NCBI GenBank assembly: GCA_021498095.1 | Contig: JAIZWK010000001.1 | Coordinates: 1,920,001-1,952,000 of the forward strand | Source of the DNA: Candidatus Harpocratesius repetitus | GTDB taxonomy: Archaea > Asgardarchaeota > Lokiarchaeia > Sigyniarchaeales > Promethearchaeaceae | DNA length: 32,000 nucleotides | Direction of reading: 5' to 3' | In this document: positions 1 through 9,168 of the stretch, piece after piece | Layout of the letters: each line of letters begins with the position of its first letter | How positions within the stretch are numbered: position 1 is the stretch's first letter | The notes under the pieces: model-generated | The model's input: the letters and a program-made list of their open reading frames with translations, nothing else | What the model was told of the DNA's origin: nothing | The model's database searches: none | Made by a program: the position numbers and the translations under genes

Positions 1-168
1 CATTGTAAAATAGTTCCATAAAAACAATCCAAAACTTGCTATACTGGAAAGGAAAACTATAGTTGCAAATAAACAAGTTATCCATTTTGCAAAAATAAGT
101 GTTAGAATCCAAAACATCAAACTACAAAGTGTAGCAATTGCTACAAATCGCAATCTTTCGAAATACAT
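1..168 (-). CDS. N-terminal part of a membrane protein, runs off the left edge (missing from the ORF track)
   Basis: ATG at 168-166 with GGAG upstream; 56 stop-free codons to position 1: MYFERLRFVAIATLCSLMFWILTLIFAKWITCLFATIVFLSSIASFGLFLWNYFTM, two hydrophobic helices. Confidence 0.6.
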   Translation of the reverse strand, partial: MYFERLRFVAIATLCSLMFWILTLIFAKWITCLFATIVFLSSIASFGLFLWNYFTM

Positions 169-296
169 TATTAATTCTCCATTTCTATTGATTATTATTT
201 TTTATTTTATTACTTTTTACTGTTAGCTTTTCATTGCTAAAAATTGTTTATTGGTTTTCCTTATTTAATTTCCCTACTTTTTTCCATCAAAGTATT

Positions 297-1298
297 TTAT
301 TTTGAGATTCGCAGTACTGCTGCACCAGAAAATCGACTATATTTTAAATCTTCTAAAGCTTCATTTGCTTCAAAAAGCGAATATTCATTAACTTCGGTCA
401 AAATATGCGTTTTTTCAGCAAATTTCAAAAATTCTATTGCATCTTCACGAGTTGTATGAGCCACACTCCGCAAAGTTCGCTCGTAATAAATCTGATCATA
501 TGAAAAGGATGGTATATCAGTTAAATGAACTGCGTTTATTGCAAGTGTTCCTCCTTTATCTACGCAATTTAATGCTCGTAATACAATCTCTCCAACAGGA
601 GCGAAAGTTATTGCACTGTCAAGCATTTTTGGAGGTTGTTGATTTGGATTTCCCACCCATGTTGCACCCAATTCTCGAGCGTGTGATTGATGATTGGGAG
701 ATCGTGTAAAAACATAGGTCTCACAATCCATTGCTTGAGCAATTTGTAATACGATGTGTGCAGAAGCACCAAACCCAAACAAACCGAGGCGCTGTCCAGG
801 TTGAATGTCACTCAATTTATAAGATCGATATCCAATGATTCCGGCACATAAGAGTGGTGCAGCATGTAGATCAGAATATAATGAAGGAATTTGATATGCA
901 TAAGCTTCGTTAACTGCGATATATTCGGCAAATCCTCCATCTGCAGTGCATCCTGTAAAAATTGCACTACTACATAGATTTTCTTTTCCAGTCTTGCAGT
1001 ATTTGCAATTAGAACAGCTAGAATTAAGCCATGCAACGCCAACACGACTTCCTATTGTATGCATTGTAACTTTGGGACCTATATCTTTCACTATTCCGAT
1101 AATTTCATGTCCTGGAATTCTGGGATAGGTTGTCATTGGTAAATCTCCTTCGACCACGTGTAAATCTGTATGACAAACACCGCAAGTTCGGATTTTTATT
1201 AAAATATCTTTAGGACCAATCATGGGTATTGGTATTTCTGTTTGTTTTAGCGGATGACTCTCAATTTTTCGAGGTTGATCGATCTTCATTATTTCCAT
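297..1298 (-). CDS. adh: Zn-dependent alcohol dehydrogenase (MDR family, AdhP/CAD-like)
   Basis: CGVCHTDLH, GHE, structural Zn CxxCxxCx7C (CSNCKYCKTGKENLC), LLCAG, Rossmann GLFGFGASAH. Confidence 0.95.
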   Translation of the reverse strand: MEIMKIDQPRKIESHPLKQTEIPIPMIGPKDILIKIRTCGVCHTDLHVVEGDLPMTTYPRIPGHEIIGIVKDIGPKVTMHTIGSRVGVAWLNSSCSNCKYCKTGKENLCSSAIFTGCTADGGFAEYIAVNEAYAYQIPSLYSDLHAAPLLCAGIIGYRSYKLSDIQPGQRLGLFGFGASAHIVLQIAQAMDCETYVFTRSPNHQSHARELGATWVGNPNQQPPKMLDSAITFAPVGEIVLRALNCVDKGGTLAINAVHLTDIPSFSYDQIYYERTLRSVAHTTREDAIEFLKFAEKTHILTEVNEYSLFEANEALEDLKYSRFSGAAVLRISK

Positions 1299-1357
1299 AA
1301 TGTTACACTCGTGAGAAAATTACATTTTATTCATTTTAAAAGATCCTTTTTTGGTTG

Positions 1358-1384
1358 TGCAATAATATTGCATAACTTTATAAA
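1358..1384 (+). promoter_or_regulatory. 15-bp palindrome (putative operator) next to a TATA-like box in the divergent adh / redox-cluster intergenic region
   Basis: TGCAATA-A-TATTGCA at 1358-1372; TTTATAAA at 1377-1384, 43 nt before the ATG at 1428. Confidence 0.5.
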
Positions 1385-1427
1385 TATAGTTTCTATATAC
1401 TGCATAGAGTGTTATAAGTGAGAAGAT

Positions 1428-1796
1428 ATGATTGTAAAGCAAATTGATCTTCCTGAATTCAACATAATAATTCCACCAGAAGTGCTTGAATTTTTAAAAC
1501 AACGAGAAATTGTGCAAATTTATATCGATGTACGATTGGAAGAAGAACCTTGTATTCAAATTTATACACCTACAGTTCGATTGGAATCAATGAGTTCCAA
1601 ATCTGGCGAAAAATCCAAATCTTCTCAATATCCAGTAAAACAAGAGAAAAATGGTATAAATTTTAATTTTTCTCAAGATTTTGTCCAACGTTTTTCACTT
1701 AATTCAACTGTTGAATTAAGGCTGAAAGGATTTTTTCGAAAACGTGTTGATATTGGGAATATCGATCCTATTCTGATAAATGTATGTAAAGTATAA
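1428..1796 (+). CDS. Hypothetical protein, loosely HesB/IscA-like (CC/Se-motif-like) fold
   Basis: Clean ORF behind a TATA box; pattern helix-IYIDV..EPC..PTV..Y..NGINFNF..LKG resembles HesB-like small proteins. Weak, by eye only. Confidence 0.55.
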   Translation: MIVKQIDLPEFNIIIPPEVLEFLKQREIVQIYIDVRLEEEPCIQIYTPTVRLESMSSKSGEKSKSSQYPVKQEKNGINFNFSQDFVQRFSLNSTVELRLKGFFRKRVDIGNIDPILINVCKV

Positions 1797-1867
1797 TCGT
1801 ATTTATAACAATTTATCTTCTCAAACTAAGAAAAAATTTAAACAACTCACTAAATGCTGTGATTATC

Positions 1868-2557
1868 ATGGCTAAATCAAAATATCAAAAAAATGCTAAA
1901 AAAAATCTAAATCGAAATAAAAGTAAGCAAAAACGCCCTGTTTACTATGATGAGAATATAAAAACCAAAAAAACACCAGCGATTGCTATTTTTATGCTAT
2001 TTATAATTGCAATTGCAGGTGGTGTTGCAATTATTGGCTCTCTCTTGAATAATAATAGTGCTAGTAATGTAGACCAAGCTGAAGTTAATCCCAACTATAC
2101 TCAGAATACTCAAAATTCAATAATAGATAATTCTGATACTTCAGGTTATAAGACTCCTATTACCATTACTACTATATCTGGTGAAAAGTTGATATTATCA
2201 AACTATGCAGGAAAAGTGGTGGTGTTATATTTTCATTTCCTACAGTGTAGTGCATGTAAATATCACTCTCCTGCCTTACAAGCCGCTACCAGTGCTTTAG
2301 GTAGTGATAAAGTAATTGTAATTGCAATATCTGTATCTGCTGCTGATACATCAGAGTTATTAAATGAATGGGCAACTTCAAATGGGTATAATTTTAAATT
2401 AGCCAAAGATACCGATTATTCTTTATCTTCATATTTTGGGGCTCAATATACTCCACACACTGTCTTTTTCGGTCCTGATGGTGATTCTTCTACTCGTCAT
2501 ACAGGTGTACAATCAGAAGCTGAAATTACTGCAACTATTGAATCTCTTTTATCTTGA
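1868..2557 (+). CDS. Membrane-anchored thioredoxin-like TlpA/ResA-type redoxin
   Basis: Basic N-terminus, one TM helix, N/Q/S-rich linker, GKVVVLYF..CSAC (CxxC), PHTVFF; ATG 1868 preferred over the GTG at 1859. Confidence 0.85.
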   Translation: MAKSKYQKNAKKNLNRNKSKQKRPVYYDENIKTKKTPAIAIFMLFIIAIAGGVAIIGSLLNNNSASNVDQAEVNPNYTQNTQNSIIDNSDTSGYKTPITITTISGEKLILSNYAGKVVVLYFHFLQCSACKYHSPALQAATSALGSDKVIVIAISVSAADTSELLNEWATSNGYNFKLAKDTDYSLSSYFGAQYTPHTVFFGPDGDSSTRHTGVQSEAEITATIESLLS

Positions 2558-2650
2558 AATTTATTCTATAATAAAAAAAATTACTATTTTTATTTTACTT
2601 ATTTACTGAAAATCACAAAATTTGAAATAATTTAAAAGAATCGATTAAAT

Positions 2651-3499
2651 ATGGCAACAATTACATTATTTGCAACTTCTCTGGGTGCTGGAATTGTTTC
2701 GTTTATTTCTCCTTGTAGTTTAGCATTAATTCCTGCATTTCTTTCTTATATAATAACAACTGCAAAAAATCGTCGTGAAAGCTTCTTTATGAGTCTACTA
2801 TATGCAATCGGATTTTCTGTTACATTTGCTGTTATTGGAGTGATTTTTTTAGCGGGTGTCATGAGTTTAAAAAATAGAGTAATGTTAAATATAATGGCAG
2901 GGAGTATCACCATTATTTTAGCTATTTACGTTTTTTTTAATAAAGAAATTCAAAAGTTTTTCCGAAAACTCAAAAAGACTCATTTAAATGGAAATGGAGA
3001 TCTCTTAAACAATAATAAACAATATATTCAAAAAAATTCCACCAAACAAGAGGAAACACTAAAACAAACCGATTTTAATGGTGAAATAGGAAAAACAGAA
3101 ACCTCTGAAAAATCAGTGGTAAACGAGAAATTAGAAGTAAATGAAAAATCAGAGACAATTGAATATTCTAAATATGGAGGTGCCTTTATTCTTGGTTTTT
3201 CTACAGGATCTTCTTGGATTGCTTGTGTTACTCCTGTTTTTACGACTATTTTAGCTATTGGTTCTGTTCAAGGTGATTATGCAACAGCACTTTATCTTAT
3301 GATCACATATGGAATTGGAATAATGGTTCCATTTATTATAATTGGAACAATTGTTGGTACACTAAACTCTAGATTATTAGCCAAAGTTATACATATCGGA
3401 TCGATAATTGAGCGTTTGTTTGCTATTCTTCTTTTATGGATTGGAATTGAGATACTTCTAAGTGCTTTTAATATTCCTGGTATTTTAAATGCATTTTAA
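2651..3499 (+). CDS. ccdA: CcdA / DsbD-transmembrane-domain thiol-disulfide transporter
   Basis: About six TM helices with the two catalytic Cys motifs SFISPC and WIACVTP; directly downstream of a TlpA-like gene. Confidence 0.9.
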   Translation: MATITLFATSLGAGIVSFISPCSLALIPAFLSYIITTAKNRRESFFMSLLYAIGFSVTFAVIGVIFLAGVMSLKNRVMLNIMAGSITIILAIYVFFNKEIQKFFRKLKKTHLNGNGDLLNNNKQYIQKNSTKQEETLKQTDFNGEIGKTETSEKSVVNEKLEVNEKSETIEYSKYGGAFILGFSTGSSWIACVTPVFTTILAIGSVQGDYATALYLMITYGIGIMVPFIIIGTIVGTLNSRLLAKVIHIGSIIERLFAILLLWIGIEILLSAFNIPGILNAF

Positions 3500-3502
3500 C
3501 CA

Positions 3503-3535
3503 TTTTTTTTTTGTTATTCTATTTTTTTCCTTTTT
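3503..3535 (+). terminator. Oligo-T (archaeal-type) terminator after ccdA
   Basis: T10 at 3503-3512 followed by further T runs just after the stop at 3499. Confidence 0.5.
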
Positions 3536-3594
3536 CGACAAATTCGTAATGGTTAAATTCTTCAAAAATGAAGGTTAATTTGAGGCGAACTTGA

Positions 3595-5130
3595 TTGAGT
3601 AATAGAGGGAAGCAGCAAAAACAGTTATATGTATGTACTTACTGTAAACAAGGGTTTTTCTATTCTGAAGTTGAAGGAAAGAGTAAGATCTGTCGAAATT
3701 GCTTGCAAAACACTCTCAAACTTCAAAAACGGCGTACTATTTTAGTCTGTCCGACATGTCATCGCTATTATGATAGTTCAGATATTATCAATCTAGATAT
3801 TCCACGTGAAAAACGCCCTGTTTTTGAACTTGGAAAATTATTGTGTAGTAAGGATAAAACACCACTCTTAATTCGCGAGTTAAAGGAAGATATTCAACAA
3901 TTGAATCAACAATTATATGGCAAGTTTAAGCATGAAAAAGAATCTGAGATTTCAGCTGAAAGACAATTTCTTGAAAAATTGAAACAATTACGATCTGAAG
4001 AAGATGTTGAAAGAGATAAAGAATCGGTTAAACCTGTTGCTCCTATAGAAGAAGGTGTACCAGCACCATCTGAATATTTTTCCCGAAAATCAACTTGGCC
4101 AAGCGGTGAAAAACTGAATACTCCTCATGCAGATGAATTTTGGAAGTACTATTTTATTGATCGACAAATTTATGATCCTTCAAATTATCTTGGTGATGAG
4201 AAAAAAGTCCTAAAAATTAAGGGTTTACTGGATGAAATTAACCTTTATTTATTCAATCCAGATAAATTGAATCCTGGGCTTCCTGTTGTTGATCATCTTG
4301 AAAATGGAAAGATCTTTTATGTTGGAGATACTCATGGATCGATATTTGATCTTGATCAATGCATCAAATTTTTCGTAAGTGAAATCGAACAGTCTTTAAA
4401 GGAAGGTTATCATGTTTTAATTGTTTTTCTGGGAGATTATGTAGATCGCCATGAAATGGATATTCATAATTTGTTATATCTCTTTAGTTTTGCCCTCCAA
4501 TTTCCTCAAAATGTCCGATTATTACGTGGAAATCATGAAGAAGTTACAATTAACATGCAATATGGGTTTTGGAGCAACATTAATCGTTATCTTCCCAATT
4601 CTTATTTGTTCAATGATTTTGAATATACTTTTATCAATCTACCGTTAATTCATGTTGTTAGAACTCCAGAAAAAGCAGTAATGGCTTTACATGGTGGAAT
4701 TCCTTTTTATCCAAAAGAATATGAGATAATTCCTAAAATACCACGGATTGTCGATGGAACTGTCTTATTAAAACCTTCATTTTCAACGGTCGAAGAAATG
4801 GATGTTCTTTCTAAGCAAATTCTCTGGGGTGATCCTGAAGAAGAACTGCCGCCTAATGTTTACTATCTTCCCAGTCGACGTGGTGTGGGATATAGTTTTG
4901 GAAAAGAGATTTTTATGAAATTTCTCGATATTAATAATATTGATAGAGTAGTACGTTCTCATGAAGTCTTTATTGATGGACATAAAGAATACTTTGACGA
5001 TAAAATGTTCAGTATATTTTCCAGCTCGAGTTATGGAAAGCGTGATATTGATGCAAAAATCTTGGAAATTGATCTAAGAAGACCATGGGTACAGAATTGG
5101 AAATTATATACTATTTTAACAGATTTATAA
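3595..5130 (+). CDS. PPP-family Ser/Thr protein phosphatase with N-terminal tandem Zn-ribbon and coiled-coil region
   Basis: GDTHG, GDYVDR, LRGNHE, HGG, LWGDP, RRG..F, RSHE, FSSSSY; N-terminal CxxC x3 plus CxxD; TTG start with GAGG upstream. Confidence 0.92.
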   Translation: MSNRGKQQKQLYVCTYCKQGFFYSEVEGKSKICRNCLQNTLKLQKRRTILVCPTCHRYYDSSDIINLDIPREKRPVFELGKLLCSKDKTPLLIRELKEDIQQLNQQLYGKFKHEKESEISAERQFLEKLKQLRSEEDVERDKESVKPVAPIEEGVPAPSEYFSRKSTWPSGEKLNTPHADEFWKYYFIDRQIYDPSNYLGDEKKVLKIKGLLDEINLYLFNPDKLNPGLPVVDHLENGKIFYVGDTHGSIFDLDQCIKFFVSEIEQSLKEGYHVLIVFLGDYVDRHEMDIHNLLYLFSFALQFPQNVRLLRGNHEEVTINMQYGFWSNINRYLPNSYLFNDFEYTFINLPLIHVVRTPEKAVMALHGGIPFYPKEYEIIPKIPRIVDGTVLLKPSFSTVEEMDVLSKQILWGDPEEELPPNVYYLPSRRGVGYSFGKEIFMKFLDINNIDRVVRSHEVFIDGHKEYFDDKMFSIFSSSSYGKRDIDAKILEIDLRRPWVQNWKLYTILTDL

Positions 5131-5187
5131 GAAAATTGTAGCCGTATGAATGAAAATTTTTAAAAATCAATTCTTTTTTCTCTTCTT

Positions 5188-8154
5188 ATGGGTTCAGCAC
5201 GCGATAGATCTTACCAAAAAACAGGGGAATTAGGAAGATGTTCTGGTTCAGAGCGACTAGATCCGAACCAATTTTCAGAGCGAGATATAGATAACCAAAA
5301 GAGCGCACAACATTGGTTGGATGATCAAATCCATCAACCAAGCTTTCGAAAAGAGATGGAAGATCTATTTCATCAATGGGAATTTATTCTAAAACCTGAA
5401 TCCTTTTCAACTTATCATATACATATGGTTGGGCAATCTCACATTGATATGGCATGGTTATGGAGATTCGAGCAGACTCGTCAAAAAGGGATTAAAACTC
5501 TACAAAAAGTTATTTTTCATGCTGAGAGATTTCCAGATCAATTTAAATTTGCTTTATCAAGCCCACAATTACTACAATGGGTAAAAGAAGATGATCCTGA
5601 ATTGTTTGTGAAAATTAAAGCACTACAAAAACAAGATATTATAGAATTGGTGGGTGGATCTTGGGTTGAACCTGATTGCATGATGCCTAGTGGTGAATCT
5701 ATAGTACGACAGCGTTTTTATGGAATGAAGTTTTTTTGGGAAGAATTTGGGACTTTACCCGAAGTAGAATGGTTTTTAGATTCATTTGGATACAACCGTG
5801 GATTACCACAATTACTCATCAAATCTGGTTCTAAATATTTTTGGACATCTAAATTAACATGGAATAAACAGACTGAATTTCCATTTGTCTATTTTAATTG
5901 GAAATCTCCTGATGGTGCCTCCCTTTTAACTGCTAATTTTGGACAGAATCGTGAAATTTTCGATCAATGGAAGGATTTTCAATCTGGACGTTATACTTTA
6001 TCCGAAGAAGCACCAAAATTATGGGATTATTCAAAAGATTATTCAAATTTTCAAAATTTTGTTAATTCATCTAGTTCTATTGTTCCACTGGGCCTATTTT
6101 GGGGTGCTGGGGATGGTGGACATGGACCCAGTCATTGGGAAGTTGCCCAAATGCAAGTTTTGTCTCAAATTGCTCAAGAACGTGGAATCTTGTGGAAATG
6201 GTCTGAAGTTCGTTCATTTTTCTCAGAACTTAAGCAATACCAATCAAAATTAGCTACATGGCAAGATGAACTTTATTTAGAAACTCATCGGGGAACTTTT
6301 ACGGTACATAGTGAAGTTAAACGTCAAAATCGGCGATTAGAAAATTTAACCCTGGATATTGAAAGACTGGCAACATTAGTAGAGTTGTTAAATCCAAAAT
6401 ACAAATTTCCTACTAATTTGTTTGATATAATTTGGAAGCAAATATTGCTTAATCAATTTCATGATGTATTGCCTGGGAGTTGTATTCCAGAAGTATTGGA
6501 TGATACATTTAAACATGGAAAACAATGCGATAACCATTTAGAAGAGATTATTCACCAAATTATTCCTTTTTTACCAATTAAAATTCCTTCTGAATTTGAA
6601 TCTTCGAATTTAGTTGTGATTTTTAATCCATTGAATTGGAGTCGGAAAACTCGAGTTTTCATTCCAAATAAAAATATTTCTATTCCAACCAATGCAAAAA
6701 CTAATAATTCTTACAGTCTTCCTTATGCTCGTTTGTATTATTTTAGTAAAGAGAATCTGGTCTCTTCAATTTGTCAACCCGTTAGAGCCGAATTCGATGA
6801 TAACATGCATAATTATGGTGAAGGTTGGTGGACGATATTAGAACTTGGTGCTCATGAAATTCTGATTGGCGAATTACGATTTGAATCTGTTCAATCACCT
6901 CCGCTATTTGTAACTCTAAGAAAATCACCCAGAATTACTAATGGAAAAGTGACATTAGAATTTGATTCTCATCTTGGAAGTTTAATTTCATTAAAAGCTC
7001 GAAAAATTAATCGAGGAGAAAATTTGCTATATGGAAATCGAAATCTTATTTTGGAAGGTTATCAAGATAAAGGTTCTCATGAATATCCTGCATGGGATTT
7101 GCAGAATGAATATTGGAAATTTCCCCTTAATTTTAACCAAAGTCAGGAATTAGAAATTTCAATTTTAGATAAAGGGCCTGTATTCAGTACTCTTCAATTT
7201 CGCCGAATTCTTGCAGATACAAATGTTATTCAGAAAGTTCGCCTATTTCACGATGATCCTGTTATTTATTGCAGTTGGGAAGCAGATTGGAAGCGACCAG
7301 AAACTTTATTAAAACTAGGATTGTATACTCGAACTCAAGCAACTAAAGTAATTGCAGATCAAATGTACTGTGCTACTGAGTCATCAACTTTACCTGAGAC
7401 ACCCGCTGATAAAGCTCGCTTTGAGAAGGTAATGCAAAAATTTGTAGATCTCTCCACCCCAGATAATTCTTGGGGAATTGCAATTTTAAATGAAGGAAAG
7501 TATGCATATGATGCTTCAGGTGGAAGAATTCGAATTTCAATGCATCGAAGTCCTAAGTATCCACGACCATCTGCTGAATCATGGGTCCAATATGAAAGAA
7601 AACAACGAAAACAAGAAGGCAAAGGAAAACCCCCTAAATATTCTGGATTGGGACCAACAAGTTGTCGATTTGCTATTCTTCCGCATGTTGGAGGTTGCTT
7701 GGTAAACTATAAGAATGAAAGTTCTTCTTATGTCTCAAAAATGGCTGAAGAATTTAATCATCCTCCAATAGTTATTAAAATAAATCCCACTGAATTACTT
7801 AATGCAGAGCAAGCAAATATTCAAAAATCTAAACAAAAAGATGAAGAAATATCCCCTTTTGCTTTTTCTTTACCCTCAGCTGTGAATCTGGCAGTTATTA
7901 AACCAGAACAATGGATTGGTGATGGAACTTTAATCTTAAGATTTGCAGAAAGAACTGGATTTAACCAGAAAAATTGTGTAATTAAATTACCAAACAATAT
8001 TGGTAATAAAGTCGACCAAATAATGGAAGTGGATTTACTTGAAAGACCAATTGAATCATCATACCTTAAATGGGATCCTTCTTCGATGGAAATCACGCTT
8101 AATTTTGCACCTTTCGAAGTAAAAACGCTTAAAATCATTCTAATATCACAATAA
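5188..8154 (+). CDS. Alpha-mannosidase, glycoside hydrolase family 38
   Basis: HIDMAWLW, VGGSWVEPD, nucleophile region DSFGY, GDGGHGP, ELYLETHRGT, NQFHDVLPGS; no obvious signal peptide. Confidence 0.95.
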   Translation: MGSARDRSYQKTGELGRCSGSERLDPNQFSERDIDNQKSAQHWLDDQIHQPSFRKEMEDLFHQWEFILKPESFSTYHIHMVGQSHIDMAWLWRFEQTRQKGIKTLQKVIFHAERFPDQFKFALSSPQLLQWVKEDDPELFVKIKALQKQDIIELVGGSWVEPDCMMPSGESIVRQRFYGMKFFWEEFGTLPEVEWFLDSFGYNRGLPQLLIKSGSKYFWTSKLTWNKQTEFPFVYFNWKSPDGASLLTANFGQNREIFDQWKDFQSGRYTLSEEAPKLWDYSKDYSNFQNFVNSSSSIVPLGLFWGAGDGGHGPSHWEVAQMQVLSQIAQERGILWKWSEVRSFFSELKQYQSKLATWQDELYLETHRGTFTVHSEVKRQNRRLENLTLDIERLATLVELLNPKYKFPTNLFDIIWKQILLNQFHDVLPGSCIPEVLDDTFKHGKQCDNHLEEIIHQIIPFLPIKIPSEFESSNLVVIFNPLNWSRKTRVFIPNKNISIPTNAKTNNSYSLPYARLYYFSKENLVSSICQPVRAEFDDNMHNYGEGWWTILELGAHEILIGELRFESVQSPPLFVTLRKSPRITNGKVTLEFDSHLGSLISLKARKINRGENLLYGNRNLILEGYQDKGSHEYPAWDLQNEYWKFPLNFNQSQELEISILDKGPVFSTLQFRRILADTNVIQKVRLFHDDPVIYCSWEADWKRPETLLKLGLYTRTQATKVIADQMYCATESSTLPETPADKARFEKVMQKFVDLSTPDNSWGIAILNEGKYAYDASGGRIRISMHRSPKYPRPSAESWVQYERKQRKQEGKGKPPKYSGLGPTSCRFAILPHVGGCLVNYKNESSSYVSKMAEEFNHPPIVIKINPTELLNAEQANIQKSKQKDEEISPFAFSLPSAVNLAVIKPEQWIGDGTLILRFAERTGFNQKNCVIKLPNNIGNKVDQIMEVDLLERPIESSYLKWDPSSMEITLNFAPFEVKTLKIILISQ

Positions 8155-8199
8155 AAAAGAATGGAATATATCTATATAATATCTCTGAATAGAAATTAA

Positions 8200-9036
8200 T
8201 TAGATGAATAATCTAAGCACGGGTTCAATGTAGTTATCTAAAAACATCATAATTACAAACCCTGCAATAATTCCAAAGGTAACTTGGCGGGAATGTTTTT
8301 TTCCATACATTTCAGGAATTATTTCATCTGTAACTACAAAAATCATTGCTCCAGCGGCAAAGGCCATTCCAAAACCCAAAAAAAACTTCGCAATATTAAC
8401 AATTGCAGCTCCAATAAATGCTCCGATTGGTTCAACTAATCCTGTACATGTTGCAATCCAAAATGCTTTTCGACGGGAATACCCTTCACGCAATAAAGGC
8501 ATTGCCACCCCTGTGCCTTCTGGAATATTTTGTAAACCAATTGCAATTGCTACAATTAATCCTGAAGTAATTTGTTCTGAATCACCTGTTCCAAAGCTCA
8601 CGCCTACTGATAATCCTTCAGGAAAATTATGAATAGTAATCGCAATTATAAATAACCAAGTAGCAGCTAACCTTTTTGAAATCTTTCCTTCATGACCTTG
8701 AACAAAATGCTTATGGGGTGCCCAACGGTCAATAAGATCGATAAATAGCGCACCTACTACAATACCTATTACTACAATCATTACAACCCATAAATTTTGT
8801 AAACTGGGTGACAAAGATGCTGGTGCTCCTCCATCTTCTGCAGAAAGAGACAAAGCAGGAACTAATAAGCTAAAAGCGGATGCAGCTAGCATAACTCCTG
8901 CTGCAAAACCTAAAAGTATATCTAAAGTCTTTTCTGATATCTCTTTCTTAGAAAACACTGGGATTGCACCAAAACTCGTTGCAAGACCTGCACCAAGTGA
9001 AGCCAAACTTCCATATAGGACCACAATCCAATTCAT
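8200..9036 (-). CDS. zupT: ZIP-family (ZupT/GufA) divalent metal transporter
   Basis: GFAAGVMLAAS, His-containing loop PHKHFVQGHEG, TM4 HNFPEG, TM5 QNIPEG, GAMIFVVTDEIIPE. Confidence 0.93.
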   Translation of the reverse strand: MNWIVVLYGSLASLGAGLATSFGAIPVFSKKEISEKTLDILLGFAAGVMLAASAFSLLVPALSLSAEDGGAPASLSPSLQNLWVVMIVVIGIVVGALFIDLIDRWAPHKHFVQGHEGKISKRLAATWLFIIAITIHNFPEGLSVGVSFGTGDSEQITSGLIVAIAIGLQNIPEGTGVAMPLLREGYSRRKAFWIATCTGLVEPIGAFIGAAIVNIAKFFLGFGMAFAAGAMIFVVTDEIIPEMYGKKHSRQVTFGIIAGFVIMMFLDNYIEPVLRLFI

Positions 9037-9168
9037 AAAATAAAATACGAAATAGACTTTATGAATTCTCTGATTTTATTTGAAAAATATAGAAAGTATA
9101 ATTAGAAATTCAGAACACAATGTTATTAAGAATCAACAACAATGTGATCAATGTTGGAGTAATCAAAA

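Noticed and set aside
244-1128. Short ORFs overlapping adh (244-459, 437-709, 608-811, 812-1045, 946-1128)
   Set aside because: Shadow frames of a well-supported gene; no motifs.
9118-9154. Three CAATGT copies in the ZIP / repeat-protein intergenic region
   Set aside because: Short, irregularly spaced and expected by chance in AT-rich DNA.
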